A stretch of 64,000 nt of DNA from a virus (IMGVR_UViG_3300027715_000010:1-64000); one strand, 5' to 3'; positions 16,493 to 25,980 are shown, counted from the stretch's first letter. The notes: generated from the sequence alone by a model not told the origin. Numbers and translations are program-made.

Positions 16493-17251
16493 ATGATAAT
16501 TTATGATAAATCTGGTAAATTATTAGCAGAATCTAATAATAAAGATTTTAGTGGTGTAGACTTAAGGGATGCTAATTTAAGTTTTGCAGATCTTAAAGGG
16601 GCAAACTTAAGGAATGCCGACTTAAGGTGGGCAGATTTAAGTAATGCCAACTTAAAGGAAGCAGACCTTCAAGAGGCAAACTTAAGTTATGCTAAGTTAG
16701 ATAAAGCTAATCTTGACCAAGCTTTTCTTTCTAAAGCAAATCTAAGTTACAGTTACTTAGTGGGTGCAAATCTGAAAGATGCTTACATTTGTGAAGCAAA
16801 TCTGCACCACGCTGCTGTAAGAAATGCAGATCTGACCAACGCCAGCTTAAGTAATGCTAATTTGAATTATGCAGACTTTAGTTATGCTAATTTGAGCAAT
16901 ACTAATTTAAGTTATGCCGACTTTAGGAATGCTGAGCTGAACAGAACCAATCTTACACAAGCAAACATAACACATACAGTAGGAAATAGCCAGGAACTTA
17001 TTTCACTCCATTTAGATTGTTATGATATTGCCTTTACTAAAGATACACTGACCATAGATTCTGACCAATACCCTATTAATGATTGGTTTGCTTTTACTGA
17101 TGAACAAATTATGGATATCATAGATATAAAATGGTTTAATAAGTGGAAAGAAACAATTAAAAAAATTATGAAATTAAGTCTTTATATTAAAATAGAAGGA
17201 AGAAGTTATTGGGTTTTACTCAAAAATCTATTGTTAAGAACTTATAAATAA
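16493..17251 (+). CDS. Pentapeptide repeat protein
   Basis: Long A(D/N)Lxx tandem array. Confidence 0.95.
   Translation: MIIYDKSGKLLAESNNKDFSGVDLRDANLSFADLKGANLRNADLRWADLSNANLKEADLQEANLSYAKLDKANLDQAFLSKANLSYSYLVGANLKDAYICEANLHHAAVRNADLTNASLSNANLNYADFSYANLSNTNLSYADFRNAELNRTNLTQANITHTVGNSQELISLHLDCYDIAFTKDTLTIDSDQYPINDWFAFTDEQIMDIIDIKWFNKWKETIKKIMKLSLYIKIEGRSYWVLLKNLLLRTYK
17243..17250 (+). promoter_or_regulatory. Late promoter TATAAATA
   Basis: Upstream of 17279..17599, which ends at a terminator. Confidence 0.55.
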
Positions 17252-17278
17252 ATATAGTGTAATAAGAAGGAAACTAAA

Positions 17279-17599
17279 ATGTCTAAACCAATAATTATTT
17301 TAATTAGAAAACCATCAAATCTTGAAGAAGTTATCACCTCTGCAAAACGTAAAGAGGGGGATATTATTCTCTCCAATCATTATGATGTTGAGTCAAAAGT
17401 TATTCTGAGCAATGCAGATTATGATAAAATGTGTAAAGATTTCTATGCTGATGTTTCTAAGCTAATACCAAAAGAAGGTGGACAAAAACTAAGCACACAT
17501 AATATACAAGTAACTAAAGTACAAAGTCCTAATAGAAGGGATTTATATATTGATAGAGAAGGTTATGAATATGCTCGTTATGTTGGTATTGCCATATAA
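17279..17599 (+). CDS. Hypothetical protein (paralogue of the N-term of 17967..18485)
   Basis: LYID.EGY.YARYVG motif. Confidence 0.7.
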   Translation: MSKPIIILIRKPSNLEEVITSAKRKEGDIILSNHYDVESKVILSNADYDKMCKDFYADVSKLIPKEGGQKLSTHNIQVTKVQSPNRRDLYIDREGYEYARYVGIAI

Positions 17600-17625
17600 T
17601 AACTAATACAATAACTTATTAAATC

Positions 17626-17658
17626 AGGTTGGTTCTTTAATTAGATCCAGCCTTTTTT
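17626..17658 (+). terminator. Rho-independent terminator
   Basis: AGGTTGG...CCAGCCT + T run. Confidence 0.7.
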
Positions 17659-17700
17659 ATTGTCAAAATAATGACTTAATAAAATAATTGAAAATAAGTG

Positions 17701-17761
17701 TTGACAAATTAGAACAAGTATGTTATATTGATATTATAATAACAAGAGGGAGACTACAATG
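17701..17761 (+). promoter_or_regulatory. Early promoter + conserved leader/RBS module
   Basis: TTGACA-N17-TATATT; upstream TTGAAAATAAGTG shared with the 15786 copy; AGAGGGAGACTACAATG. Confidence 0.85.
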
Positions 17762-17965
17762 AAAGATGCTATACTTGAACACAAATTATTAGATATACAT
17801 TTTGGTATATTTAATTGTATCAGAAATGTAAGAAGAGCTAATAGAGACTATAAATTCGTTAGTAAAGATGAAGAAATTAAAGAATATGTTAGGGAACAAC
17901 ACGCAGAATTTAGAAAACTGTTGCGTGACCGTATGAAACTACAATCAGAATTGGAAGGTAAATAA
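17759..17965 (+). CDS. Early hypothetical protein
   Basis: Follows the early module. Confidence 0.7.
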   Translation: MKDAILEHKLLDIHFGIFNCIRNVRRANRDYKFVSKDEEIKEYVREQHAEFRKLLRDRMKLQSELEGK

Positions 17966-17966
17966 A

Positions 17967-18485
17967 ATGAAAAAGACAACTAACTTACCAAAATTATATA
18001 TTGCAACAATGTCCAGAAAAAGACCTGTTGACCTTGAGAGTGCACTATATGATATTAATAGTTGTGTATGGAAGCATAAAGGTGAAGACCACGGTTATAA
18101 GATATTAAGTACTATAGAAGTTACCGAGGAAAAATATAATGAAATTATAAAGGACCTTCGCGATTTTAAGACTGATAATGGTAACGAATCTGGTGTATAC
18201 TTATTATTCCACAAAATCATTTGCCCTGGTAAATTACCAATATACTTAGATAATGGTGGTAGATATGGGGTAATTGTTGGTATTAATGTTGAAGACTATA
18301 ATCCTAAAACAGATGAACTAAACAATGGATATGAATACCCTGATACTTCAACAAAAGAACAAAAAACTATTAGACGTCTTATCGGTTATTTAGTTTTTAA
18401 AGACAAAATTATTGCTAAATTAGAACGTTGGAATAAAGTATTATGTATATTGTTGCTTCTAACTATTTTATATAACTTACTATAA
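17967..18485 (+). CDS. Hypothetical protein, paralogue of 17279..17599 with C-terminal hydrophobic tail
   Basis: RK.P.DLE, IY.D..G.Y...VGI. Confidence 0.65.
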   Translation: MKKTTNLPKLYIATMSRKRPVDLESALYDINSCVWKHKGEDHGYKILSTIEVTEEKYNEIIKDLRDFKTDNGNESGVYLLFHKIICPGKLPIYLDNGGRYGVIVGINVEDYNPKTDELNNGYEYPDTSTKEQKTIRRLIGYLVFKDKIIAKLERWNKVLCILLLLTILYNLL

Positions 18486-18497
18486 ATGGAGGAATAT

Positions 18498-18641
18498 ATG
18501 TTAGAACAATGCAGAACTGCTTATATAGCATTTAAGAAGGAACCAAAGTTATCCAATAAGCTTAGATACTTTCGTTGCTTGGAACAATTAGCTAATTCTG
18601 GTATTGACTTTTCAAAAGATAGTGTTTATAAGGAGGTGTAA
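18498..18641 (+). CDS. Small hypothetical protein (47 aa)
   Basis: RBS GGAGG, hand-translated. Confidence 0.55.
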   Translation: MLEQCRTAYIAFKKEPKLSNKLRYFRCLEQLANSGIDFSKDSVYKEV

Positions 18642-18642
18642 T

Positions 18643-18886
18643 ATGAGAGACTACTTAGATTATGATTATAAAGAAAAGCATAAGAAAGACTTTAAGTTTG
18701 TAGAAACTATTACAGAGTACACCTATATTGGGGGATGAAGAAAAAGCAGATTATTTCGCAAAAGATTATAACATCTTTAAAAGAACAACAGATAACACAC
18801 TTTGGAAATTTGATACATTTTACCATAATGATGGTATTAGAGTAAAAGCAAAGAAAATAAACACTTATAAAGAGGTAGAAGAATGA
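18643..18886 (+). pseudogene. Hypothetical gene frameshifted at a G5 tract (18730..18734)
   Basis: Strong RBS; stops at 18738, but removing one G gives a continuous ORF ending in an ATGA overlap with the next gene. Confidence 0.55.
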
Positions 18887-19050
18887 AATCAGTTGGATTA
18901 TTACTATACAAAACATTAAACGACTTGGCAGACACAGAAACCAGACGCAAAATGTTTATACTGAGTGCAAAGGAAAAGCTTAAAGATTCCAATACACCAG
19001 CTGATTTGCGTGAGTATTTAGAGGAGGTATTAAAGAATGAGCGAGAATAA
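18883..19050 (+). CDS. Small hypothetical protein (55 aa)
   Basis: RBS GAGGT, hand-translated. Confidence 0.55.
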   Translation: MKSVGLLLYKTLNDLADTETRRKMFILSAKEKLKDSNTPADLREYLEEVLKNERE

Positions 19051-19324
19051 ACTTAACTCTTCGGTGTGGACTTTTAATAATTTACCAAACATAGGTCAAA
19101 GGGTGTATATAGTTTCAGATGGTGGTATTCAGAAAATGCGGTGTGAAAAAATCATCGTTGAAGTTGGTATAAGAAATAGTACTAAGTATTTTGTTAATGA
19201 TATTGAAGTAAATACCGGTATGCAGCAAAGTAAAATTAGGCAATTCTTAGAGTTTGATATTGGATCCGCTGTAGAAACCTTTAAGAAACTATTTCACCAA
19301 GAAGAAATATATGAGGAATGCTAA
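19037..19324 (+). CDS. Hypothetical protein
   Basis: RBS GGAGGT. Confidence 0.65.
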   Translation: MSENKLNSSVWTFNNLPNIGQRVYIVSDGGIQKMRCEKIIVEVGIRNSTKYFVNDIEVNTGMQQSKIRQFLEFDIGSAVETFKKLFHQEEIYEEC

Positions 19325-19545
19325 TGACCAACTATGAAAACAAAATATATAGAGAACTTGTATTAGTTCTTGCACTAATCTATGGTGTTATACAGTTTCT
19401 ATTCAATTATCACTCTTTTAGATACCTTAGTTCTATATCACCTATTATACTGTCTCTTGCTTCCATTATTATCTTGACTACTTCCGTATATTATATTATA
19501 CAGTTTTATAAGGAAACTAAATCTTTTTCTGTGGGAGAAGACTAA
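19318..19545 (+). CDS. Small membrane protein
   Basis: Two hydrophobic helices. Confidence 0.6.
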   Translation: MLMTNYENKIYRELVLVLALIYGVIQFLFNYHSFRYLSSISPIILSLASIIILTTSVYYIIQFYKETKSFSVGED

Positions 19546-19838
19546 TGCGCGATAGTGTTAATCAAAAACTAGATAATGCGGTAGCTAACCTTTTTTACTT
19601 TATGATTTTGGACTCTGAAATGCGTAAAATATCTGCTGAGTTTCTACTAAATCCAATATCAGATATACCACAGGTTATAGAGTTAACTAGGAAACAAGGA
19701 TTGAAAGGTGAATGGATTTACAAATTAAAGATTGATTGTATTGACTTTCATCTAGAATTAGATAGGCTATCTGAAGGTGACTTAATTGACGGAAGAGTAA
19801 TAACACATAAACTTGAGGAAAGGGAACTAAAATGTTAA
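19545..19838 (+). CDS. Hypothetical protein
   Basis: Translationally coupled ORF. Confidence 0.6.
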   Translation: MRDSVNQKLDNAVANLFYFMILDSEMRKISAEFLLNPISDIPQVIELTRKQGLKGEWIYKLKIDCIDFHLELDRLSEGDLIDGRVITHKLEERELKC

Positions 19839-20020
19839 GTAGAGAAGAACTTGAAGAAAATGCAACTTTTATAGTTGCTGCTATGGAACAGACTATGAAT
19901 AATGAAATCAATAATCGGACAACAGAAGATATTGACCAGTTGAAGTTAAAAATGGCAGCTTTTGTATATTTCAAATCATTATGTGAACAAATGTGTGAAA
20001 AATTAGGAGTTAAACTATGA
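19832..20020 (+). CDS. Hypothetical protein
   Basis: Coupled ORF. Confidence 0.6.
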   Translation: MLSREELEENATFIVAAMEQTMNNEINNRTTEDIDQLKLKMAAFVYFKSLCEQMCEKLGVKL

Positions 20021-20325
20021 TAGATATTTCACATCTAAAACTTGGAGATAAGGTTGTCTCTCCTGTTAGCAGAGCTGACGAATTCTTTACCATTTCAGAT
20101 ATTGGAAAAGAATTTATTGCTCTGGAAGATCCAGTTAGTCACGATTATAACCTTATCACTATAGAAGGCTTTTTTAATGGATTTCATATTTTATCTAATA
20201 ATGATATAGAAGAAATTAAAAAACATATAGAGAAAAGTATTGGTTACTTTAAAGAAGGAATTAAAATAAATCAAGATAGATTAGAAACCGCTGAAGCTAA
20301 ACTTAAATCACTAATGGAGGAATAA
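20017..20325 (+). CDS. Hypothetical protein (family A-like architecture)
   Basis: LKLGDKV start + coiled-coil end; RBS AGGAG. Confidence 0.6.
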   Translation: MIDISHLKLGDKVVSPVSRADEFFTISDIGKEFIALEDPVSHDYNLITIEGFFNGFHILSNNDIEEIKKHIEKSIGYFKEGIKINQDRLETAEAKLKSLMEE

Positions 20326-20567
20326 ATGATAGTAAGTATATTAATGGGTGTTTTAATTAGTTGGTTCTTGTGCATTACGTTTTTACTTATCATTATACCC
20401 GTGATTGGAATTATTAATGAATTCATTTATTGCATAAAATCAAGGAGAGATAAATGATAGAAGGTATTCTCATATCTTGGGCGATGTTACTTGGTGGCTG
20501 TGTAATAATTACAGTTATGATTAATTTTATTAATACTTTAATTGATTATATAGGTGATTTATGGTAG
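20326..20567 (+). CDS. Two tiny paralogous single-TM proteins (20326..20457 and 20454..20567)
   Basis: Hand-translated; GVLISW / GILISW followed by a hydrophobic run; ATGA overlap. Confidence 0.5.
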
Positions 20568-20804
20568 ATAATGATGTTATACAAGTCTTACTAACTTTCT
20601 AGAAAGGAAGCTGAAAATGTGGGCAGTATTCAAAGAAGATACGAAAATAACAAAATCCCATAAGACAATGTGGGAAGCTATTATGGAAGCTTATGAAATT
20701 GGGAAGAACAATCCGGAACTCTATGGACCAATAGCAGGTAACGGTGGTGCTTCTTTATTACCAGAGTTTCAGATAAGATCCATAAATGAAGAATAGGTGA
20801 AAAT

Positions 20805-21152
20805 ATGAATAAAAAGCTATCTAAAGCAGAAGAACTGCGGCTTCTTAAGAATAAAGTAGATATACTACTTGCCGATAATAAAGCACTACATAATGCCCTA
20901 GTCAAAATTGACAAATTATTATATAGTGGTTTCAATACTTTATCTGAAAAAGCCAATAAAATAACAAAAATAATGGAAGACTTACCAAAACCATATAAGG
21001 AAGAAGTTAACGTTCCTTGTGGTAAATGTGGCAAAGTTGATAAAGATGATTATCATCTATGGACAACTACACCAGAAGAAGAACCTCTTTGTAGTGATTG
21101 CAATACTAAAAATATCAATTTCTTATTTGAAATGCTGGGGACACTAAAATGA
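20805..21152 (+). CDS. Coiled-coil + Zn-finger hypothetical protein
   Basis: CGKC...CSDC. Confidence 0.6.
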   Translation: MNKKLSKAEELRLLKNKVDILLADNKALHNALVKIDKLLYSGFNTLSEKANKITKIMEDLPKPYKEEVNVPCGKCGKVDKDDYHLWTTTPEEEPLCSDCNTKNINFLFEMLGTLK

Positions 21153-21337
21153 ATAAAGATGCTGAGATAAAATACCTAAAAGACCAACTGGATTCTCGTA
21201 ATAAATTGATTACAATGCTGTTTAAAGAAAAAGAAGTGCTTATCAAAACTTTACAAAGTACACATAGCACTATGGTACTTGAAGCAGAAAAGTTGGAAAA
21301 CACTATATTGGACTTGGTCTGGGAATGTAAAAAATGA
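21149..21337 (+). CDS. Hypothetical coiled-coil protein
   Basis: ATGA overlap. Confidence 0.55.
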   Translation: MNKDAEIKYLKDQLDSRNKLITMLFKEKEVLIKTLQSTHSTMVLEAEKLENTILDLVWECKK

Positions 21338-21495
21338 GAGAGCAAGCACTTAAAGATATTGAAGCTGACGAAAAAGCTATTCAAGAAGAAAAAGAATTCG
21401 TTAGAAAGCTAGAAATGCTTGTTGGCGAAAAGAAAGTCTGGATAGAAACGAGGGAAGCTTGCTTGCAAAGGATGAAGAAGATATGGATAAAGTAG

Positions 21496-21975
21496 ATGAT
21501 TTATATAGTATCTGATACCCACTTCGGACACCAGAAATCTGCAGATATTCGTGGCTTCAAAAGCACAAAAGATATGGATAACTATATTATAGACACCTGG
21601 AATTCTGTAATAACTCCGTCTGATACAGTCTACCACCTGGGGGATATTGCTTTTTCTAATGTAGATGACTATCTATCCAAACTAAACGGTAAAAAGATTC
21701 TTATTCGTGGTAATCACGATTCTATAAAGTCTTCACCACATCTAGAAGCTATCTATGATATGCTCTACTTAAGATACAATAAAAGAAAACTAGTACTTTG
21801 TCATTATCCAATGGAATGCTGGAAGAACCAGGAGTACGGATCCATACATCTACACGGTCATCTTCACGGGGATGAACATAGAGGACTTACAAAAGTTATC
21901 CACAGACGTATTGATATTAGTAATAATTATATACCATTTTCACTTGATTTTATATTGGAAAACAATGAGTTATAA
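21496..21975 (+). CDS. Calcineurin-like metallophosphoesterase
   Basis: SDTHFGH, HLGD, GNHD, LCHYP, HLHGHLH. Confidence 0.92.
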   Translation: MIYIVSDTHFGHQKSADIRGFKSTKDMDNYIIDTWNSVITPSDTVYHLGDIAFSNVDDYLSKLNGKKILIRGNHDSIKSSPHLEAIYDMLYLRYNKRKLVLCHYPMECWKNQEYGSIHLHGHLHGDEHRGLTKVIHRRIDISNNYIPFSLDFILENNEL

Positions 21976-21993
21976 AATAAGTTGAAATAATTG

Positions 21994-22022
21994 TTGACTT
22001 TTGTTTAAGACTGCTTTATAAA
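21994..22022 (+). promoter_or_regulatory. Early sigma70-type promoter
   Basis: UP tract, TTGACT-N17-TATAAA. Confidence 0.7.
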
Positions 22023-22088
22023 CACAATTATGACCAGCACCAATGGTGCTATATGTGAAACAACTAACAAGACTCAACGGGGAAGACT

Positions 22089-22361
22089 ATGAATATCAAT
22101 ACCATTAAAGAAACAATCAAATCTAAAGTACAATCCAATACAATAGAACCAGCAGACAGGAACCTAGCCATTTATGATATAGTTAGCACAGAAATAGAGC
22201 AACTATCAACCAGTGACCTTCTGGATTGCTTCCGTGAACAATCCGATTTAGGTATTATTAAAGAACAACACCTAACACCGAACTTCTTAACAGAAACAGT
22301 AGATGTAATTATATTTGACAATTTAGTAGATTTAGTGTATGATTATGCTCTAACAATTTAG
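22089..22361 (+). CDS. Early hypothetical protein
   Basis: RBS GGGGAAG. Confidence 0.65.
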   Translation: MNINTIKETIKSKVQSNTIEPADRNLAIYDIVSTEIEQLSTSDLLDCFREQSDLGIIKEQHLTPNFLTETVDVIIFDNLVDLVYDYALTI

Positions 22362-22373
22362 AAAGGATATAAA

Positions 22374-22700
22374 ATGAAAAAAGAATTTTATTCAGCTTGT
22401 GTAAATGCTTGGTTTGCTACAAAACTTGAGTTGGACAAGCATCTAATTAAAATATCAACTTTTATGTTGTTATTGCTTATTGGTTTTCATCCGCAGAATT
22501 ATACAATAACAAAAATGTGCTTTGGTATTAGTATTCTAATAGAGTTAGCCATATTAAATGTAAATGGTAACCTTATTATGTCATTAACTAAAGAAGATAC
22601 GGGTAAAACCAAAGTTATTTCTAAGATTCTTAGATGCTTGGATATTATTTCCAGAACATTATTTACTGCTGGATTATCTCTAGTAATACTAGGAAGGTAG
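22374..22700 (+). CDS. Membrane protein (about 3 TM)
   Basis: Hydrophobic segments. Confidence 0.6.
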   Translation: MKKEFYSACVNAWFATKLELDKHLIKISTFMLLLLIGFHPQNYTITKMCFGISILIELAILNVNGNLIMSLTKEDTGKTKVISKILRCLDIISRTLFTAGLSLVILGR

Positions 22701-22703
22701 ACA

Positions 22704-23039
22704 ATGAGTGAAATTAAATCAAATAATGCCACTGACATAGAAGAAGCTATTAAACTACAAACCAAAGAGATGAAACGTTTCGTAGACGAAAAGCCAGAAA
22801 AAGGCTATATTTACGAGGTATCAGACGAGGCAACTCATTGCCGTGCTGGTCAGTTTTATAGAGTATTTGGTGATTATTATGTACTCAGAAAAGGTGTATA
22901 TCATATTAGTTATAGGACATATACAAAGAAAGAATTAGCAAAAAGTGGTTATTTCTTTACTAGACGAGAAGCTTATGCCGCAGCTATTGCAGCCAATAAA
23001 GAAGAATTAGAAAAAAGGTGTAAAAATGAAGCTATATAA
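22704..23039 (+). CDS. Hypothetical protein
   Basis: ORF in operon. Confidence 0.6.
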   Translation: MSEIKSNNATDIEEAIKLQTKEMKRFVDEKPEKGYIYEVSDEATHCRAGQFYRVFGDYYVLRKGVYHISYRTYTKKELAKSGYFFTRREAYAAAIAANKEELEKRCKNEAI

Positions 23040-23661
23040 TGAAGACTGTAGAGATACACTAAAGAAAATAGATTATCACTATGCACTCTTTAGTCCACCT
23101 GATTTTGAAGAAATTGGTATGGAACCTAAGAAAGACCAGACAAAATATAAAGAATTTCTAAAAAGTGTTATTAGCGAACTAAAACCTATAAACGGGACAG
23201 TAACTATGCTAAACACGGATAGATTAGGTGATGGCACTGTTTACCTTAAACACGTGTGGTTTAAGGATATAATGGAAGAATGCGGTTATAAACTTATTTC
23301 ACAGAAGATATGGATAAAATCCTTCAAAATTAATTTATTTAGGCTTAACTATGCTTTTATAATGACTTATGCAAAAGGTAAACCATTGGTAAAGAATAGT
23401 ATCTCAGATTATAGAAAAGATTGCTTTACATTTGAAAGGAAGTCGTTTAAAGGTTATAATGACAATCAGGTAGCAGACTTATGGAAGCCATTTATTGAGA
23501 CTTTTACAAATCCTGGTGAAACTGTATACGATCCATTTGCTGGTATTGGTACAGTTGGCGAGGCTACTATGGCACTTGGTAGAGATTTCATTGGATCTGA
23601 ATTGGATCCGAAAACATTTGCTTTATTGGAAGAGTACTTGAAAGGAAAAGATAATGTCTAG
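23026..23661 (+). CDS. DNA amino-methyltransferase (N4-C/N6-A, beta-class order), variant catalytic motif
   Basis: N-term SPPDF (cf. SPPY), C-term VYDPFAGIGT...GR.FIGSE. Confidence 0.82.
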   Translation: MKLYNEDCRDTLKKIDYHYALFSPPDFEEIGMEPKKDQTKYKEFLKSVISELKPINGTVTMLNTDRLGDGTVYLKHVWFKDIMEECGYKLISQKIWIKSFKINLFRLNYAFIMTYAKGKPLVKNSISDYRKDCFTFERKSFKGYNDNQVADLWKPFIETFTNPGETVYDPFAGIGTVGEATMALGRDFIGSELDPKTFALLEEYLKGKDNV

Positions 23662-24046
23662 TATACAAGAGCTAAAAGAATTATCCACAAAAGAGGAAGA
23701 AATTAACAATTCTAAGGAAGCAATCAAGAAACAAGAAATTGCTAACTTTCTAAAAGAAATTGAAGGCATCATTGAGAAACCACCGGAGAGAGCAGAAGCT
23801 TGTAATTGGTATGGTATTAAAGTAATGCTTACTTATCAGATAGAAGTAAAAGTTTTTCAAGATTACTTGGATAGACGATTAGTTATTAAAAAAGATATTG
23901 ATAATGATGACCGTGTGGTATATCATATAACACTAATAAATCTGTATGGTGAAACTTGGCTTGAACTTGAAAATCTACACTTTGACGAGTTTAAGAAGAT
24001 TCTAAATCACATTGTTAATAATGGCTGGACAATACCAGAAGAATAG
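23654..24046 (+). CDS. Hypothetical protein, paralogue family B
   Basis: MSSI.EL.EL ... L.FDEFK.IL..IV..GW.I. Confidence 0.7.
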   Translation: MSSIQELKELSTKEEEINNSKEAIKKQEIANFLKEIEGIIEKPPERAEACNWYGIKVMLTYQIEVKVFQDYLDRRLVIKKDIDNDDRVVYHITLINLYGETWLELENLHFDEFKKILNHIVNNGWTIPEE

Positions 24047-24057
24047 AGGAAAATAAA

Positions 24058-24468
24058 ATGTCATCATTAAAAGAATACATTGAGTTGACTAAAAAACGTG
24101 TGCAAGATCTTGAGAAGGCAGACGAAGAAAGGATGCTTATTAAACGAAAACTTACAGATGCTTTCGTAGACGAATTAAAAGATATTTTGGGAAAACTTAC
24201 ACCAGAAAATAAGTATCTAGACTGTAGTTATATTCAAGTAAAATATGATACTAAAATCTGGATTATAGACGAATTTGTACCTGGTTATCTATATATAGCA
24301 AAAGAATTAGGTAAGTCGTATGATGAAGAAGTTGAGTATTATAGTATAACTTTTTATCGTAAGTATGCAAACGAAGACTTAGTCTTTAATGTTAAAGATT
24401 TGAATTATGACAGATTTAAAGAAGTATTAGCAAGTGTAGTTGATAAAGGCTGGGAAATTGAGGAATAA
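24058..24468 (+). CDS. Hypothetical protein, paralogue family B
   Basis: MSSLKEY.EL ... L.YD.FKEVL..VV.KGW.I. Confidence 0.7.
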   Translation: MSSLKEYIELTKKRVQDLEKADEERMLIKRKLTDAFVDELKDILGKLTPENKYLDCSYIQVKYDTKIWIIDEFVPGYLYIAKELGKSYDEEVEYYSITFYRKYANEDLVFNVKDLNYDRFKEVLASVVDKGWEIEE

Positions 24469-24470
24469 AA

Positions 24471-24827
24471 ATGTTATTTGATATTGACAAAACGATCTAC
24501 GTTCCAACTTATTATGTAAATAACCAAGGTCCTTGTTATATAAGCACAAGTACTATTAATAGAACTATAACCGAATATCGTATAGTGGAATGTAGTATTA
24601 AAACAGATAGTATAACCTATACACTTGAGCCTCTGGGTTGCTTGAATAAACCATTGAAAACTATGACAGAAAGTGAACTTACGAATCTTGGTGCTTCTTA
24701 TGATAAAGCAGAAGCAGAAAAAGCTATGGAAGATATGTATCCAAAACTATTAAGTGAATACACAGCATTACAAAAGAAAATCCTAAATGATGCCATAATC
24801 AGTCTAATGAAGGAGAAAACATTATGA
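24471..24827 (+). CDS. Hypothetical protein
   Basis: RBS GAGG. Confidence 0.6.
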   Translation: MLFDIDKTIYVPTYYVNNQGPCYISTSTINRTITEYRIVECSIKTDSITYTLEPLGCLNKPLKTMTESELTNLGASYDKAEAEKAMEDMYPKLLSEYTALQKKILNDAIISLMKEKTL

Positions 24828-25258
24828 GAACAATTAAAGATTACTTTGAGTTAGTTGCAAGTAATAAAGATAAAATAGCAAAAATGAAGGCAGAAGAAGG
24901 CAAACTTGCTGATGAGATAGCTAATGAGTTTGATAGAGATGCTAGAACTATTATTGGTAATGAAGAAGATAGTAGATTCTATACTCGTGTAGAAAATACC
25001 AGCATTTGCTTATTCTATAACAAAAAATTAAATATAATGGGTAAAAGAACCTGGGCAAGAATTAGTGTATCAAAGTGGTATAATCCAGTTGCAGATTTAT
25101 ATACTTATGATATTGATGTTGGCGAGTATAACTCTGAGGATTATGCTATACCAGCAAGTCGTTTAAGAAACTTAGACCACAGTGAATTCTTAAGACTTTT
25201 AAAGGAAATTGTAGAAGTTGGTATAACAGAAGATGTAATGGGTGATGAAGATGAATAA
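24824..25258 (+). CDS. Hypothetical protein, paralogue family B
   Basis: IKDY.EL ... NL...EF..LL.EIV..G. Confidence 0.65.
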   Translation: MRTIKDYFELVASNKDKIAKMKAEEGKLADEIANEFDRDARTIIGNEEDSRFYTRVENTSICLFYNKKLNIMGKRTWARISVSKWYNPVADLYTYDIDVGEYNSEDYAIPASRLRNLDHSEFLRLLKEIVEVGITEDVMGDEDE

Positions 25259-25416
25259 TATGTATAACGATGAAGTAAAAATGTTTATTCAAGTGTTATA
25301 CTTTGTATTTGGGCTTCCTATTGGGGTCTTTATATTGACGTGTTTATGCTTAGGGCTTTTTAGATTATATGACTTAATTTGGCATATCATACCACTAATA
25401 TAGAAAGAGTAATAAT

Positions 25417-25749
25417 ATGTGGCTATTAGAAGAAGAATTCCAAAGAGACCTACACAAAATTGAAAAAGACAATAATGTCTATGTGTCTAGTGATATCTTA
25501 GTGCATACAATAATAGCAGGCTTTGAGGATTACTTGAAGACTTTCACCATACCAACGGATAGACTTGGTGTGCCTTTATGCTTATATGGTTATAGTGGGA
25601 TTATCGCTGATGGTTGTTTCTTCACAAAAACTATTGATAATCTAACAGAAGAAGATATTAAGAATATAGAAAGTAAAGTTATTCTACCTGATTATAACAA
25701 GAATACTAATGTTTTGCTTATAACACTGAAAGGAACTAAAAATGACTAA
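25417..25749 (+). CDS. Hypothetical protein
   Basis: ORF in operon. Confidence 0.6.
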   Translation: MWLLEEEFQRDLHKIEKDNNVYVSSDILVHTIIAGFEDYLKTFTIPTDRLGVPLCLYGYSGIIADGCFFTKTIDNLTEEDIKNIESKVILPDYNKNTNVLLITLKGTKND

Positions 25750-25885
25750 TAAAGACAGAAGACTAATAGACGAATTTAATGGATTGATTGAAGCTATGGG
25801 ATTCTTCCAATTTAATCGTGAGGAAGAAAAGATGATTTTGGATAATCTTGTAAAGATCTATGCAGCTGCGTTAGAAGATTAAAAT

Positions 25886-25975
25886 TGGCGGACACTGCAA
25901 GATTTGAACTTGCGAGACCATCGCTGGTCTAATAGTTTTCAAGACTATCTGTTTCAACCACTCACACAAGTGCCC
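25886..25975 (-). tRNA. trnS: tRNA-Ser(TGA)
   Basis: Reverse complement GGGCACT...ATAGT-CTTGAAA-ACTAT...long variable arm...GTTCAAAT...AGTGTCC-G-CCA. Confidence 0.93.
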
Positions 25976-25980
25976 GTGGG

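Noticed and set aside
3178-22765. Short - strand ORFs in the early region
   Set aside because: Antisense shadows of + strand genes
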